A stretch of DNA of 63,251 bases, filler included, from Octopus bimaculoides (taxonomy: Eukaryota): NCBI RefSeq assembly GCF_001194135.2. It is 6 parts of 6 records of this genome, joined end to end, with 100 filler letters (N's around TTAATTAATTAA, not from the genome) between each part and the next. Parts side by side here need not be neighbours in the genome. Positions count along the whole stretch, not along the records: positions 1 to 14,008 come from NC_068990.1; positions 14,109 to 26,026 come from NC_068998.1; 4 more parts are not named here. The stretch is one strand, 5' to 3'. Shown here piece by piece: positions 10,711 through 23,329 of this stretch. Both the position numbers and the translations under genes were made by a program. Below the pieces are notes generated by a model. It saw only the letters and a program-made list of their open reading frames with translations, was not told the origin of the DNA and ran no database searches. Each line of letters starts with the position of its first letter. Positions within the stretch are counted from its first letter, which is position 1.

Positions 10711-13700
10711 GAATAATAATGCTGTCCTTAATAACAGTAGTGGTGGTAGTGCTTACCACCACCACCACCACCACCACTACTTCTACTACTACTACTATCA
10801 CCACCACCACCACCACCACCACTACTTCTACTACTACTACTATCACCACCACCACCACCACCACCACCACTACTACTACTAATGGTTCGATGAAAATCTA
10901 CACGAAACCTATTGTATTGTCTATCTGACCGTCTATTCCTGCATCCGTTTATGCGTCCGTCCGTTCGCCCATCTTTATACAGTGACCAGAGGTTTATCTG
11001 CATATAGTGGCCTGCATATACTGATAGAGAGGCTCTTATACAAAAACGTTGAGCATTGAATTGTTTGAAATAATTTTGTTACATTAAAAAACACAACCAG
11101 CTCAAAAGCGGGCGAATGTAAGGCTAGGTAGGTAGCAACCACAAACCTTGTGGTGCGATGCCTTCCAGTGTGGTTGTGGGCAAACATATATGCCCTTTTG
11201 ACACTCCTTGATGAAATAAAAGACATCCAAGATGTGAGGGCGAAGGAGAGAAAGAGAGAGCATCGCCTTAGTGTTGGTACACATTCACTCGATGAATTGG
11301 GCAGCGTGAAATGAAAAGAAACGAAATAATTTGCTGAAGAAGGACAATGCGATTCAAGTCCGGTGTCACGAATCGAACCGAAGACCTGATATGATCACGA
11401 ACCGAACCCCCCCCCCACACACACACACACACTCAGCCACCAAGCCACGCACCTTTCAACAATATTTTTAAAGGTGGGCGAAAGGTTATGGGAAAAACGT
11501 ATGATGCAAAACAAAAGACAAACAACGCGGCCTTTCTTAAATCATTCTCTTCAGGATATTTTTTTTTCTAAACCAGCAGAGCAGCCGGTCGGTAAGTAGA
11601 ATGACTACAATAAACACTGAAAGATCAATCAAGAACAGACGTATATCACACACGCAAAGCTGTTTCCTTTATTATTATTATTACTGTTATTACTTTTTTC
11701 TTTGCCTTTTTCCCCCCTGAAGCATGTGACTTACATATAGCGTTGCCTAAATTTCAATGCATGAGTTGGTATGTGGGGACGGCGATGAGAACAGAGAGAT
11801 AGGCCGCTGCTGTTTTTGCTTTCTCTCTTTCTCTCTCTCCCAGGTTCGTTTTTGTTGGGTTAATGAATATCTTGGATGAATTCATATACGTCCGTACACA
11901 CACACACACATATATATATATACATACAAGCGTGCGTGTGTGTACAGTAAAGACCTCGACTATCGCGGGTGTTACTTTCCAAAAACTCCCCGCGAAGTCG
12001 AAACAGTCCTGTACTGTTTATGTATATATATTCATTTGTATATATATTTATTTTATTATAAATGCAAAGCAACACCACACGCTCGCCTCCCGGGTTTCGT
12101 TTTCCACACAGGATGTGCGATTCTTTGTTTGCGGCACACAACGTATTTCCTTTTGATATATTTTAATTAATGTGTTATACGGTGCAGTACTGCATTTTTA
12201 TTTATTGATTTATTAATTTTCTGGCGTGAAAATGCTTATTTTACCGCAGAAAGAATTAAAATCTAAAAAAAAACATAAACACCCATCGGCCGCAGAAACC
12301 CGCGATAAACTGAGGAGCCCGCGCTATAAATTTACATATATTAGCCAGAAAATTCGTGATGTACGGAGGGTGCAATAGGTGAACCACGATGTGGCGAGTG
12401 CTTACTGAGTGTACACACACACACACACGAAAAGCGAATTCTTGTAGCGGTGAACGTCCTAGATGAATCTACAAACCGGTTTCCGTCAACCCAGCTGTAG
12501 ATCAGAGGTGAGACGGCGCTGTGGGCGAGCTATTATATAATATGCAATTATTCATGGAGGCCATAGGTCGTGCGTTCAATCCTGCTGCAGATATATCATT
12601 GTCTTTCTGAGACAAAACACTTTGTTCTATTTTGCCACAGTTCACCGAGGCCATCACGCTTACTTTTTATCAGAACGTCTGTGGATGTTATCTAAGACGC
12701 CCAAACGAGGTTGCTCGATCTGCAAAACATAGCAGCCCAATTTCCCTTGTATCAAACGCAGGTGCCTTTTCCTATAGCCCCGGGCCAACCAATGCCTGTT
12801 AGTTGATTTGGTACACGGAAACGGAGTAAAATCCTGTCACGCGCGCACGTGTGTGTGTGTCCGTGTGTCCCCTATACCAGCTTGGTAATCAGTTTTACAG
12901 CAAAAGCTAACGATAGAATAAGCATCAGATAAAAAATCAACTACTGGGGTTGATTTTTAGACTAAAGCTCTTCAGGGCGGTGCCCCAGCATGGCCGCAGT
13001 CCAACGACTGAAACAAATAAACGATTAAAATTACATCGGATAATCCATTGTTTGACACATAATATTTGTAAAATAGACGGGTCAGTCTAAATTGGAACTA
13101 TTTTGACGATAATTCGGTTCAATGGATGTCTTCGTGCAAGGCCTAAACAACAAAGAAAATAACCCTTAAGAGTTGCCGACGTCTTCTCCAGAAGGGGTTT
13201 CGGTTTTTATCCACTTCAAATACTACAAAAATAGAATAAAACTGAGCCAAGCACAAGTTGGAAAAAAAAACACAGGAAATGAGAGAAGTTCACTACGTTC
13301 AACTTCGCAAGAAAAACGGGTGACTGTCACAGCCAGCAACTCTAAAACTATAAATGTTACGCAAGTAGGATCACTAAGCAGTGATGATATGTATAAACGC
13401 ACTGTTAATTATTAGTTCAAATATGCTTGAGACACATTTGGCCTTGTAAATAAGCCATTTACTGTGTTTTGACAAGGAGGGAATTTCTCGATGTAGACAA
13501 ACGGTGTAAATACACGTAGATCATCAATTCGCTGCGCCCACTTTCCAGACTGTGGAGATGCAGCATTTCGTAGTAGTTGTCTCCTCTTCGGCCACAGACA
13601 CTGGGCAGGGGACGCTGCGAATTGATGGAAGACAGTGATTCTCTTCTGCTATTCTAGTCATCGTACGATGGCTGATAACGCGACGCAGCGGCTCACTGTA

Positions 13701-13770
13701 ACTTACCAAGTAGGAACGTTAAGCAGTGATATGCATAAATGGAATGTAATCACCGGTTCAAGAATGCTTG

Positions 13771-13943
13771 TGGACTCGTAAATAAGCCATACGTTTGGAC
13801 TCGTAAATGAGCCATATCTTTCGATTCGTAAATAAGCCATTCGTTTGGATCCGTAAATAAGCCATGCATTTGGACTCGTATATAAGCGATGCGTTTGTAC
13901 TCGAACATAAGCCATACATTTGGACTCGTAAATAATCCATTCA
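13771..13943. repeat. 25-bp minisatellite, 7 imperfect units
   Basis: Consensus tggactcgtaaataagccatacgtt; units start at 13771, 13796, 13821, 13846, 13871, 13896 and 13921, with no unique spacers. Confidence 0.92.
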
Positions 13944-14008
13944 CCCAATCCTTTGCTCTGTTTCGTCTCCATGAGGTGATGTGGGTGGGTGTGTGTGTGC
14001 ATATATAT

Positions 14009-14108
14009 NNNNNNNNNNNNNNNNNNNNNNNNNNNNNNNNNNNNNNNNNNNNTTAATTAATTAANNNNNNNNNNNNNNNNNNNNNNNNNNNNNNNNNNNN
14101 NNNNNNNN
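14009..14108. other. Artificial scaffold join, N44-TTAATTAATTAA-N44 (also 26027-26126, 42672-42771, 54268-54367, 59201-59300)
   Basis: Identical 100-bp structure five times; the 12-mer contains stop codons in all six frames. Confidence 0.95.
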
Positions 14109-14170
14109 GATTTGTCTGTTTAGGGTCAGTTTTTTGAGACAACACCGTCACCGAGTTCTCAGCATGTAAA

Positions 14171-14251
<81 letters not shown>

Positions 14252-14660
14252 CATAATTATTATTATTGAGTGAGAGAGCAATGCATGCCATCAAAGTGAC
14301 ACTGGAGCACAAATATACGAAGCCCAATATACCCATCATGACTACACGTCTGATAAGGGTACACCAGGCACATGTATTACAACCATATGTATCACAACCA
14401 TATGTACGCGACATGATAAACAGCGCATGACCTTGCAGGTGGGGCCTAGTTAGAACTTTCTTCAGATTGAGTAGCCCATTCCGCTCAAGGTTCCTGAATG
14501 AGGGTTGTTTAAGGATGATGAACGAAACACCCAGAGGTAAATTATTCAAACCCCAAAGAATTCCTCTCCGCACATAGTTATAATGCTCCCCCACTACTCC
14601 TGCTCGTGATCAGAAATGCACATATTGTCAGCCACCGAGGGACATGCTCAACTGGTTAAG

Positions 14661-14705
<45 letters not shown>

Positions 14706-14712
14706 GTTATTA

Positions 14713-14771
<59 letters not shown>

Positions 14772-14839
14772 TTCTCTTTATCACAAGTTTTGTTGGAGCT
14801 CCTGAAATCTTGCATGCGTAGCGGGCTTACTACCTGCAT

Positions 14840-15290
14840 CCTACGGTACTATGCTATTCGTTCTCTTCAACTAATACTTTCCTGTTTATTCTGGCTGTGC
14901 CAAGGAGGCAAACCTTTTGTAACAGTTCTACTGGACACTTTATTCCAATTTCCTTCTGCATTTCTTTTGATGCCTTCTGATACTGTTCCCAAGAACCCAA
15001 CAATAATTGGCACTATCTTGACCTTCTTCAGTTTTCATAACCAAGCTATTTCGTACTTAAAAGGATATATTTATCTATCTTTTTGCCTTCCTTCTTGACT
15101 ATTTGTGGGTCAAAGAGGTATGCAACATCAACTATATAGCATAGGTCCGGTCTGTTATGCTCTAGCACCTGATCTGTTTGGATCGGGAAATCCCAGAGGA
15201 TTTTCATTAGCATCTTTCAATTCTGTTTCCATTTCTTGCCGAGTGTCTTCCTGGCACCTAGGGCAGAGAAACGTACTGTATACATTGGTA
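14840..15290 (-). mobile_element. Dong/R4-like non-LTR element, RLE endonuclease 3' fragment
   Basis: Minus-strand LWDFPIQTDQVLEHNRPD...IVDVAYLFDP..VKKEGKKIDKY and (frameshifted) IVPIIVGFLGTVSEG...LLQKVCLLGTAR. Confidence 0.85.
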
Positions 15291-15417
15291 GACCATTAAA
15301 ATAAACACACCAGATTGTTCATTTACAAAGTCATCTGATAGAGAAAAGGGGGGGGGAGACAGGGAGAAAAAGGAAAAAAAATAACAAATAAAATGAAGGG
15401 GAAAAAAGAAAGAAAAT

Positions 15418-15552
15418 TCACAGCGATAATGCTTTTCTCAATATGTGTGACGTACTAGTTAAGACAATCCTTTGCACTTCCTGCATGGATGGTAAGCCAG
15501 GGATCATTCTTAAATAATTTTCAGCTCCTTTTTTGATAATTCCAAGTGCTAT
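15418..15552 (-). mobile_element. Dong/R4-like extreme 3' ORF fragment
   Basis: ALGIIKKGAENYLRMIPGLPSMQEVQRIVLTSTSHILRKALSL*, matching the GALG...Q+..L.GT..ILR+.L end motif. Confidence 0.75.
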
Positions 15553-15565
15553 TATTATTATTATT

Positions 15566-15631
<66 letters not shown>

Positions 15632-15965
15632 GCCTTTGCACAGTTTCTAACGCTGGAGATGTACTACAGTGTTAGCTGTTCACTACCAGTGAACTAAGGT
15701 AACACCTCTTATTTTTCGAGCACCTTCCGGAGTATTCGAGCGGTTCCAAGCGGTGCTGTTTTCTGGCAAGTGCTCCACCCTTATTGCAGCCCCTATTTGT
15801 TCCACGTACTTCTCAAGATTTTTGCTCACTATTCCCAGGGCTCCGACAATTATTAGTACTACTGTTACCCTGTTCATCGACCACAACTGTTTAACTTCCC
15901 AAGCTAACCTGTCTTATCTCTCGACTTTTTTCTTCCTTATCGTAAACCTTGTTGTCAGCTGGGCA
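15632..15965 (-). mobile_element. Dong/R4-like 3' fragment flanked on both sides by (AAT)n
   Basis: LWSMNRVTVVLIIVGALGIVSKNLEKYVEQIGAAIRVEHL, then frameshifted QKTALLGTARILRKVL; (att)n tracts at 15551-15631 and 15969-16030. Confidence 0.85.
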
Positions 15966-15970
15966 TGCTA

Positions 15971-16030
<60 letters not shown>

Positions 16031-16039
16031 CTAAAGGTA

Positions 16040-17740
16040 TACACAAATATATCACATTTGGAATCAATGTCTTTGATGCCGAGTCACCACTAGTTTCGTT
16101 AGATATTAAGGACTTCTTGAACAATCCTTTCTGTTCCTAATAGAATCAATGCAAATCTCGTACTTACTCTGATCTCATTAAGAAACCTACCAAGTCTATT
16201 GGTAAGGGTACCTAGGGATCCTATAGCTACCAGGATTGCTTTTGTAGAAACCTTTCCCAGGATGATAATGTCTGGTCATCTTGCTTAAATCTCACGGTCA
16301 GTCTGCACAGTAAAGTCCCATAAGACTTTAAATTAATCATTTTCCGTCACACTCTACGGTTGGTGTTGGTTCCTACCGTTTACTTCAAAACCCCTTTAAC
16401 GTATTATGCCCGAATGTAATGCTTTGGCTGCACAATCGTGTCTGCGTTTATATTTTTTCTAAGCTAAAGGACTACGAATACTTATGTGCTCATGTTACTC
16501 CTCTTTCCCGTTACACATTCTGCACTTTCCACGGATCTGTCTATTTTTGCTTTAATGACATTCGTACATAATGACTGGTTTTGAACAACCATAATGAGTC
16601 ATTCCGCTTTTTTTCGTATTATTATTGAGTTCTGCATTCTTCAACCGTAACTAAGATTCGTCTACTGCAATATTCTGCGTTTGTCTGTGATGCTGACAGT
16701 GAAGCTCCTTTCCTCAGATGTTTTTCTAGCTCTTTTCTTTTTTCCTTATATTCTTCCGCGGTATCCACAACATTTTTCTCCTCTCTTCTGACAGTTTTTC
16801 TGCGTTCTTTTTCACATACTCTTCTAAATCACATCCTGCATCTCCGCGCAATTGTCTATCGATAACAGTCTTCTCCCCTCTCCCTCTTGCCTTCTGTGAT
16901 AGATATAACCCATCAACACTGTCTCTAGGATGTAATGACATACACATGGTCAGTGTCTTATTATATTTAACACACTCAGTTTACTACCTGCGGTGTCATT
17001 AACATACCAGGTGTTCGCTTCCCGTAAACTAAGGTGATATGTTCTTTTCAAGCCTCGGGATCTTTACAGAGATTCCTTACACTGTTTTCTGGCCGTACAC
17101 TTTTCATTTTTATGCTTATCTTTTCCGACCACTTTTCAATTTCTTTGTTCATTGTATCCAAGGCGCCAACAATTATAAACACAATATACACATTTTCCAT
17201 TGATCTTAACTTCTCTCTTTAAGTGGTTAATTTTTCGTCAGTTTTTATCTTTATTTTTCTCCATTGTCTTCCAGTACAATATTGGGTCTCTATTGTTCGA
17301 TTTCATGATTACACTGGACCATAGAGTCCCAAAATATCTTTGCTTTGTCAGTTTCTATCACACCCTTTGCTTCATGTTATTACCATTTTCTCGCCTTTCC
17401 CAATCCAAACTTGTCCCCATTGAATCATTCTGATCACATTGTCGTACCTTCTCTTGTATTTACTCCGGTCCATTTTGCTGCATTCACTTAAAATGTCTCA
17501 TACTGTATCCCCATTTTCACTACACACTCTTCATTTGCCACATTCAGCGGAATGGTAAATTCTGTACTTGACGTAGTTTGTTCTCATAGCTTGCTTCTGT
17601 GTTTCAGTTCGCTTTTTTCCTAACCACATCAGCCTTTTATCTGCTTCAGTGTTCCTTGATATCTCTCTCAAAAACTGACTGTGCATCTTATCTTTCCAGC
17701 AGTTTTTCCTCTTCGTTTCTGTATTCATTTTGTATTTCAC
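16040..17740 (-). mobile_element. Degenerate Dong/R4-like element pieces (RT-distal, Zn-knuckle and RLE regions)
   Basis: LHPRDSVDGLYLSQKARGRG; MHSQFLREIS...LMWL...ETQKQAMRTNYVKYRI..SAECG; ILSECSK...YKRRYDNV; IVGALDTMNKEIEKW. Many stops and frameshifts. Confidence 0.75.
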
Positions 17741-17777
17741 CTTATTCTGGTTACTTTCTGTTGTAATAAACCTGCCT

Positions 17778-17935
17778 TTAAGACGGTGAGCAGTCAGAGT
17801 CGGTAGCGCATCGGACAAAATGCTTATTTCCTTTTCTTCAGCATTTTGCGTTCTGGGTTCAAATCCCGTCCAAGTTTAACTTTGTCTTTCATCCTTTCGG
17901 AGGACGATAAAATAAAGTACTAGTCAATACATGTA
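17778..17935 (+). mobile_element. Diverged SINE family S2 head and middle
   Basis: ggtgagcagtcagagtcggtagcgcatcggacaaaatgctta...gggttcaaatccc...tttgtctttcatcctttcgg...gataaaataaagtactagt. Confidence 0.6.
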
Positions 17936-18539
17936 ATTCGTATTAACTATTTATTAAATTCATGTATCTCTAACTTCTTAACCCCACCTCCTTCATCGTA
18001 CCTTCGGAATAGCTGTCACGATTAAAATTAATTACTTTTTTCCTTCGTTTTTTAACATTCTGAAACATTTATAATTCGTATTAAAGATAAGAAAAAGTTT
18101 CAGAAATTTCCTTTCCCCTTCATCGTTCCTTTCTGGTGTTTTTTCAGTATTAATGCTTGTCGAAAACATGATATTATTATTTTCATAAAAAACAAAATTT
18201 CTTCAAAGTTTCATTTTTTTCCACAACCATGGGAGCGCTAAGCGCACCTCACGACCATAGGCCAGAGAGATGGTTGTGACTTGTAAACAGTTTTGAGTAG
18301 GAATCGGGAAGAGAAGTATGAACACGCAAGAAAGGTGCACCAGTGAGGCATCATGTGAGGTATATGTTTAAAAAGTTATTTGACGGTCTGCATGCCACAC
18401 CGCTGTCACGCAGCTTTGCGGCAATTTTCTTGTTTCACATCTTTCGTACTCTTACCCTACAAACCACGTTTGTTCGTTTATTTATTGTCTCTCTCTGTCT
18501 GTCTTTGTCTCTGTCTCTCTCTGTCTGTCTTTGTCTGTC

Positions 18540-18616
<77 letters not shown>

Positions 18617-18708
18617 GCAATGTTTAAAAACCTTGATCTTTTAAAATTCTTTCCAAGACTTACACATGTGTATGTGTGAAAAACAAAATTGAAATTTTGA
18701 AAGAAGTA

Positions 18709-20275
18709 CAGTGGTGTTCAGAAGTAATCATAACGTCTAGAATAAAATTGATTTTAAAAATATTCTTCTTATCACTAACCGGATTGTTATATCTTTTATA
18801 TATTAGTTATACTTTATTAATGTACACAATTTCATTTAATGATAAATTTATTTTTACAACGGATAACAATCAAAATTTTAAAAATTCCAAAAATTAAAGG
18901 ACGATGCGTGTGCAGAATTATTCGTAATATTTTGTTTGAATAACAGATTGTGAAACCTTTGTTATCAGTAACCATATTTAATCTCTCTGTATCACAAGAA
19001 ACTAACTTGACTCAAATATTTTAATCAATTTTTGCCCATTGTCATACGAATTCGTCTCTAAAGCGTTCAGTTTTTTAGGGCATCTTTTCCGAATCTGAGA
19101 TTTGAAATGGTACCAAAGATTTGCAAATGGATTCAAGTCTGGCGATTGAGATGACCACTTCAAAATGTGGATGTCATTTTCGTCGAGCCAGGCAGTCGCT
19201 AATTTCGATGTATGCTTCGGATTATTATCCTGTTGAAAGATAAGATCAAATCGTCGCCAACCCCGACTCTTCTACTGACACTCAATGATACTCGTTTAAT
19301 ATTTTGACGTAATCTTCTTTTTACATCCGTTCTTTGATGACAACTAGTCGTCCTGGGCCGACTGCCGAAAAACACCCGCAAAACATTAAATTTCCAGCGC
19401 CATGCTTCACGGTCGAAAAGCCTGGACAGATATCCGCCAAACTGTGGCATTCTTGCTGAGGCTCAAAAGTTCAATTGGACCACAGAACCTCCGACCAAAA
19501 TTGAGCAGGTTTATTTAACGTGCTTTTTGTATAGTTTAGCCGAGCCTTAACGTGGTGGGGCCCGAGCAGAGAAGGCGGGCGGGGTGAGGGTATCGTTCGG
19601 CACCTGATGTTCACAATGCCCTCCTTGCGGTTGATGATGAAGCATTTACGCCCAGCTGCCCAATCTGCTCGCTGACCCTTTTTGCAGTTGTCCTCGGTTC
19701 ACGCTCCATTCGTCTTGTCAACCTCTTTGCATGAGTTCTACTTACAACTTTCGTTTTCTTCAGTCCCTTTCTCTATTTACCACACAACCATAGATTCGAT
19801 ATTTCTTAATAACTGGTTGAATAGCTGATACTTTGACAGAAAATCGTTTAGAAATCTCCCAGTATCCGTCGCCAAACATGAAAACTTCTACAATTTGTTT
19901 TCTTAAGTCAACACTGATATCTTTTTACATCGGCATTTTTTATATAATGATCATTGACATGTGTGTACTACTATTAAGGTTTTAATAACAATTATTATAT
20001 ATAATAGTTTATTTGTTATTTTAAATTCATTCTAAACAAAAAAGTTATTAAACAAATTTTATGGATAATTTTGCACACGCGTCGTTCTATCATTTTGGAG
20101 ATTTTCATCATTTTGATTGTTATCCGTTGTAAAAATAAATTAATAATTAAATGAAATTGTATATATTAAAGTATAAATGATATATAAAAGATATTACAAA
20201 CCGATTATTGATATGATGAATATTTTAAAAATTCAATTTTATTCTATACGTTATAAATACTTATAAACACCACTG
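18709..20275 (-). mobile_element. Full-length but defective Tc1-family DNA transposon (about 1.57 kb)
   Basis: TIRs of about 58 bp (cagtggtgttcagaagtaatcataacgtctagaataaaattg / reverse complement at 20218-20275) with TA at 18707-8 and 20276-7. Minus-strand KDISVDLRKQIVEVFMFGDGYWEISKRF (HTH) and FQQDNNPKHTSK...WSSQSPDLNPFANLW; the usual catalytic E in PIENLW reads A. Confidence 0.92.
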
Positions 20276-20514
20276 TATCTATAAAAAAATGATTTCGCTT
20301 ATTTGAAATGTACAAAAGAATATTTTTGATGGTAGAAAAATAGAATGAGGCAAACCTTCACATGCTTTTGCCTCTTTCTATCAAAACAGTTTGTCACTGC
20401 ACCTTCTCTAACTAACTCTATATATTTCTGCTTCTATTTGCTTTTTGTTTTGTTCTACACTTTATAGCGGCGGTGGAAAGGGAGAAATCATTATTGTCTG
20501 ACTAGCCTCTCACT

Positions 20515-22070
20515 TCTCTAAGGCTGCCCACCAACGCCACGCATGCAGACGTCTTCCGATTGCGCGTAAAGGCTTTGAGGCAAAATCAATCGCAAACTAA
20601 TTGACAACAGGATTGCATCTTCCACAGATATCCAGCAGGGTGAGCTTCTTGGTCCGTTCCTTTTTGCGTTGGCTGTCGATGATATTGCACGATCAGTCAG
20701 CTCACCCTTCAATGCCTGGTGCCTGGTCGACGCGACCCTGGATGACTCGACTGAGTCTGTAGTTGGGAACTGTCGGCAGGTTATACCAGCCCTAAAGCTT
20801 CTTGGGCTTGAGGTCAACCCGTCCAAGTCGGAGATGATAAATGGGATCTATGGCGAGGCTGAATTCCAGGACGCAGTACTCAGCATCCAGCCCATCTTGG
20901 CGGGAGCTCGGATGGCACCAAGGGATGCTGTCTGCATTCTTGACTTCCCAATTCTCCCGAAAGCCATAGCAGAATTCCTGGAGAACAAGCTTGCGGGCTT
21001 GTCTAAGACGACCGAATGATTGCGTCTCATTGACGCGCACCTGGCGCTCTTCCTCTTGAGGAATTGCTTTGCCCTGCCTAAGCTCCTTTTTTCGCTGTGC
21101 AGTGAGCCATATCACCCTCTCACAGATCGCCTTAGCGATAACGATGACACCATCTGGTGCTGTACTTAACTGATCTGCAATGTCAGTTTTGTCAGCGCTG
21201 GTTGGCAACAGGCTAAATTCGGTGACCTTGGTTTCCGTTCTGCATTGAACCTGGCTCTGTCAGTATATCTTTCCTCAATATCCTCCAGTGGCACCCTCAT
21301 TGGTGAGGCATTTCGCGGGATGGCTAAACCCGATATGGCCCAGGTACTGGAGACAGCTCTAGCTGATTGGACTGTTGAAGGCCTTGCCATCTCCCAGAAT
21401 ACAAATGTTCAACGTAACTGGAACGACATCAGATGCAAGTCTGCCTTCAGATAGATTGAGACATCCTTAGACCAGTATGGCCTTTGCAGCCAAACAGTGA
21501 TACGTAGCTCATTTCGGTGCCCTCCTCATCAACCAGTACCCTCTTGATGATCAATATGCTCATATCAGAGTGGCCCAGCGCCTCGGTCTTCGCATGTGTG
21601 AGCCACACAAATGCCGTTGTGGAGCTGTAGTTGATGAATTCAGCCTGCGTGCATTATCCTGCAACCAGAGGGCGGGTCGGTACACCTGACATGCCACTCT
21701 GAATTATAAGGGAACTCGACACGGCTGACTTCCCATCACAACTGGAGCCAGTAGGTCTCAACTGCAAGGATGTAAGTGCTCCGATGGAATATCCCTCTTT
21801 TCATATGAGGAGAATAGGTGGCAGATCCCTAATCTGAGGCGTGATGTGCTGTGACACGTTCTCCAGCACCAACCTTGCTGCATCGGATGCGAACCCATTT
21901 ACCGCCGTCCGTAATACAGAGGAGAGAAAAACAAATACAAGAGCCTGACTGGCTGCTGTCAGTTTGTGCTGGTTGCTGCCACGACCTCAGCTATTCTTGG
22001 ACCCGACACTGTCGAGGTGGGGGTAGATGCTGCAGTTGATAGGAATTACATCAGTTTGTATTTGTTTTGT
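20515..22070 (+). mobile_element. CRE-clade-like RLE non-LTR retrotransposon, 5'-truncated and degenerate
   Basis: IQQGELLGPFLFALAVDDIARSVSSPFNAWCLVDATL (RT); LFLLRNCFALPKLLF; GDLGFR; QRLGLRMCEPHKCRCGAVVDEFSLRALSC (Zn knuckle); LEPVGLNCKD..PDG. Confidence 0.8.
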
Positions 22071-23329
22071 TTGAACGTTTTAAAACTCGCAGGCGAGCGT
22101 CATTATTTTTTTGTCTATGAGTTGGTATCGTGATGAATTTTTGACGATATTTAAGTCTAACTTCTACTGAACTGTTTCTCGGAGAGTATCCAAAAAGAAA
22201 GATTTTGATACCTTATTTGTGAAATTTGGATGAATAAATTTATTTAATCGTTATTTTGAATAAAAATAAGTTTTTGGATCTTTTAAAATTCTTTCCAACC
22301 AACAGAATTTTTCAAATTTTCAGATTTTTTTCAAATTTTCTACAAATTTTATTTGCTGATGATGAAAATCATGTTTGTTTTATTCCAGAAATTGTTTTTA
22401 AAAAGTTACAAGCTTTTAAATTTATGTAATTTTAGCCAATCAAAAACCTCCATTGTTGATATATCCAAAGTCGCAATTGTTTCTTTAGGGGCAGCACATT
22501 CATAAGCAGAGACAACGAAGATGAAACCTTTACATGGTCTCTTGACCTGCTAAACTTAGTAGCTAACTCTTCCTTATATAAAGTGTCCATTTACATTTGC
22601 ATTAACAAGTGCACCATAGTGAGATAGAACTTGAGATATGGTAACAAAGCAACCTCCGGACCCATACCTCCATCTCTATACACACAGATACACACACAAG
22701 GCTAATGTCTAGTCAGTAGAAAGAAAATGAAATGTGATCGCAAAGTAACAACTTATGCATGGTTATTGTCACAATGTAAATCAGATGTAGAGAGACAGAT
22801 TTGTGCTGAGCAAATATGTCAAGTAAACGAAAATAGTTTTTACTTGGTAGTATAACAAGAAAGAAAAAAAGATCTTCGCCAACTATTTATTAGTTTCTTT
22901 TTATATTCCACGGACAGAAAAAAAATTGTGGTTAACTTGGCCTGCTTTCAGATTTAGCTGAATTCATCTCCAAAAGACCAGAAGAATTTATCATTTCTGC
23001 CCATGGAGAGATAACTTCATTATAATTATTTATATGGCTTTAGCTAGTATGTTGGTCTGATTTGCATAATTAATTGATACTTGCTAGGCCACTAATTAGT
23101 TTATTGCTATTGTATTAAACAGCAGGTTGGATAATTATAAACGTATATTAAGGTAAAATTAATATCTTCCTAACCAACGCTGTGAGAGTTTGACGAGTGA
23201 AAATAGTGTAAACATTTGCTTTGATAAATGTAAACAATCAGATCAAATGGTTTGCTTAATTAAAGCTTGACTGGTTGCTAATTCATTTAATCGTTATTGA
23301 ATTAAACAGCATGTATGAATAATTACGTA

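Noticed and set aside
10590-10928. 112-aa plus-strand ORF
   Set aside because: Antisense of a Tx1/L1-like fragment fused to (ACC)n/(ACT)n repeats.
13771-13943. CRISPR-like appearance of the 25-bp and 16-bp arrays
   Set aside because: Head-to-tail units without unique spacers, in a eukaryotic context with no cas genes.
14053-14064. TTAATTAATTAA islands inside N runs (five times)
   Set aside because: Identical 44+12+44 layout with six-frame stops indicates an assembly spacer, not biology.
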